Of a DNA stretch of 64,000 bases, positions 62,801 through 64,000 are shown piece after piece. Made by a program: the position numbers and the translations under genes. Numbering within the stretch: the first letter of the stretch is position 1; every line of letters starts with the position of its first letter. The notes under the pieces are model-generated. The model did not search any database, was not told the origin of the DNA, and saw only the letters and a list, made by a program, of their open reading frames with translations. The DNA comes from Guillardia theta CCMP2712 (taxonomy: Eukaryota; Protista; Cryptophyta): contig NW_005434482.1 in assembly GCF_000315625.1 (NCBI RefSeq), positions 1 to 64,000 on the forward strand, written 5' to 3'.

Positions 62801-63658
62801 ATGCTTTCTCTGTCTGAATTCTGCACTTCGCTTCTCCTGACGAGGTCGACAGCCATCCACCAGAGTTCCTGCACGACAAACCTATACATCCTTACTGTTC
62901 TTCCTCTCCTACTCTTCCTTTGTCTGTTGGGCCTGCTGAGGTTCTTTCAGTGTCTTCTTCGTCTCCGCGAGCAAGAGCGCAAGTTGAACGAGAAGATAGA
63001 CATGCTGGTCTCTCACATGGCACAGAAACGTTTCCAAACTCGTTGTGATGAGTGTGCTGAGCAAGGGGATGTGACGTCGAACAAGACCCAGTCAACGGAA
63101 GGAGCTCCTGTTTTCTTCGTTCGAGCAGAGTCCTTCCCTTGTGGTCAAACTTGCAGCCACGACAAGGGCGAGCATGTGTTTTGGGGGAGAGGAGAGTGCT
63201 CTGATGGCAACGACCACAATACCTTAGCATCCAGCTTGTTTTCGCGGTCACAGAGCTGCGTTCCAACTCGAAGGATGCCTGCCCCCATCAAGGTGAGGAG
63301 CGAGAACGAGCAAGGAATGTTCGTTCGCTGTGAAAGCACGAGCACCAGGGCGTCACACTGGACAACAGCATCCTCCCGCGCTCTCTCCCCTGTCGACGGA
63401 ACAAACGGGCAAGAGGCCGGGCAAGAGCCTCTCTTGCAGCCTCTCTACGCAGAAAGTTCACCTGCGGAGTCCCCGATCAAGAACCCTAACCGCATGTCTC
63501 CTTGCGCAGACGTCCCCGGCTTCTCTCGGACAGCATCGACTCACGACCAGTCGAGGAGAAGGAAGAGTGTGGGGCAGGTGGATAAGACTGGAAAGGCTTC
63601 GAGCGGTGCTCGATTTTATGCAAAGGTTGTGGCGGGGAGGTCTCCGACAGTGGATTGA
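62801..63658 (+). CDS. Intronless protein with an N-terminal membrane anchor, unknown family (paralog 2)
   Basis: 285-aa ORF: TM helix, LREQERKLNEKID coil, C-terminal SSGARFYAKVVA. Confidence 0.75.
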   Translation: MLSLSEFCTSLLLTRSTAIHQSSCTTNLYILTVLPLLLFLCLLGLLRFFQCLLRLREQERKLNEKIDMLVSHMAQKRFQTRCDECAEQGDVTSNKTQSTEGAPVFFVRAESFPCGQTCSHDKGEHVFWGRGECSDGNDHNTLASSLFSRSQSCVPTRRMPAPIKVRSENEQGMFVRCESTSTRASHWTTASSRALSPVDGTNGQEAGQEPLLQPLYAESSPAESPIKNPNRMSPCADVPGFSRTASTHDQSRRRKSVGQVDKTGKASSGARFYAKVVAGRSPTVD

Positions 63659-63689
63659 GACGGTGCCAAGTCACACGGTTCGGAACTTG

Positions 63690-64000
63690 CACTGAAACTC
63701 AGGCGTCGGCCGTGAGTACGGTCAGTCTGTGGTGGCACCCAGCTAGCCTGGTCCGAGGCTTCACAGCCACTGCCGGCTAGCGGCTCCTAAATTGCCTTTT
63801 GATCTGGCTTGCATTGAACTCCTCAGTTGAACTGTCACGATACTGCCAGTTCAAGTGCCTATCAAAACTGATGAGTCCGATGAGCCTTTAAGCTGGCACC
63901 GTCGAGTTCACAGAGCCTACTACTAGTAGTCCGAGTCACAGACTGAGACTCCGGGCCCGGTAACGCTGGCCGGGCGTGAGCCTCTGAGCCCGGCACGGCA
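63690..64000. promoter_or_regulatory. Start of another CCGG/GAGTCA/TACTAC island
   Basis: ctactactagtagtccgagtcac...ccgggcccgg...ggccggg. Confidence 0.4.

Overview
Eukaryotic nuclear DNA from a gapped draft assembly (six N-runs, three of exactly 100 N). Short spliceosomal introns (about 40-150 bp, often homopurine or homopyrimidine microsatellite-rich, with occasional GC donors) and dense simple repeats suggest an algal protist, plausibly a cryptophyte such as Guillardia theta; this is inference from sequence style only. About 20 protein-coding loci are visible. Recognisable products: a surface protein with at least 13 IPT/TIG repeats, a spinster-like MFS transporter, an SLC35D-like nucleotide-sugar transporter, three SHAQKYF MYB-related transcription factors, a UreH/NiCoT-like (CGF1-like) membrane protein, a coiled-coil WW protein, a family I.5/I.6-type lipase, and several coiled-coil or unknown proteins. 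The most striking structure is a roughly 16 kb mirror-symmetric locus (31.6-47.4 kb): MYB> <secreted Cys/Met-rich gene [GC island - core - GC island] secreted gene> <MYB, followed by a third MYB. Its two secreted-protein arms are near-identical including most introns but contain a hypervariable coding patch. All three MYBs share an unusual insertion of about 19 aa in the DNA-binding domain. A second pattern is a recurring intergenic layout of CCGG-rich island, GTAC/TGAGTCA flanks and an ACCCC/GGGGT-rich zone, mostly near gene 5' ends. Exon boundaries and gene ends were read by eye and are approximate. No rRNA, tRNA, CRISPR array or intact transposon was recognised.
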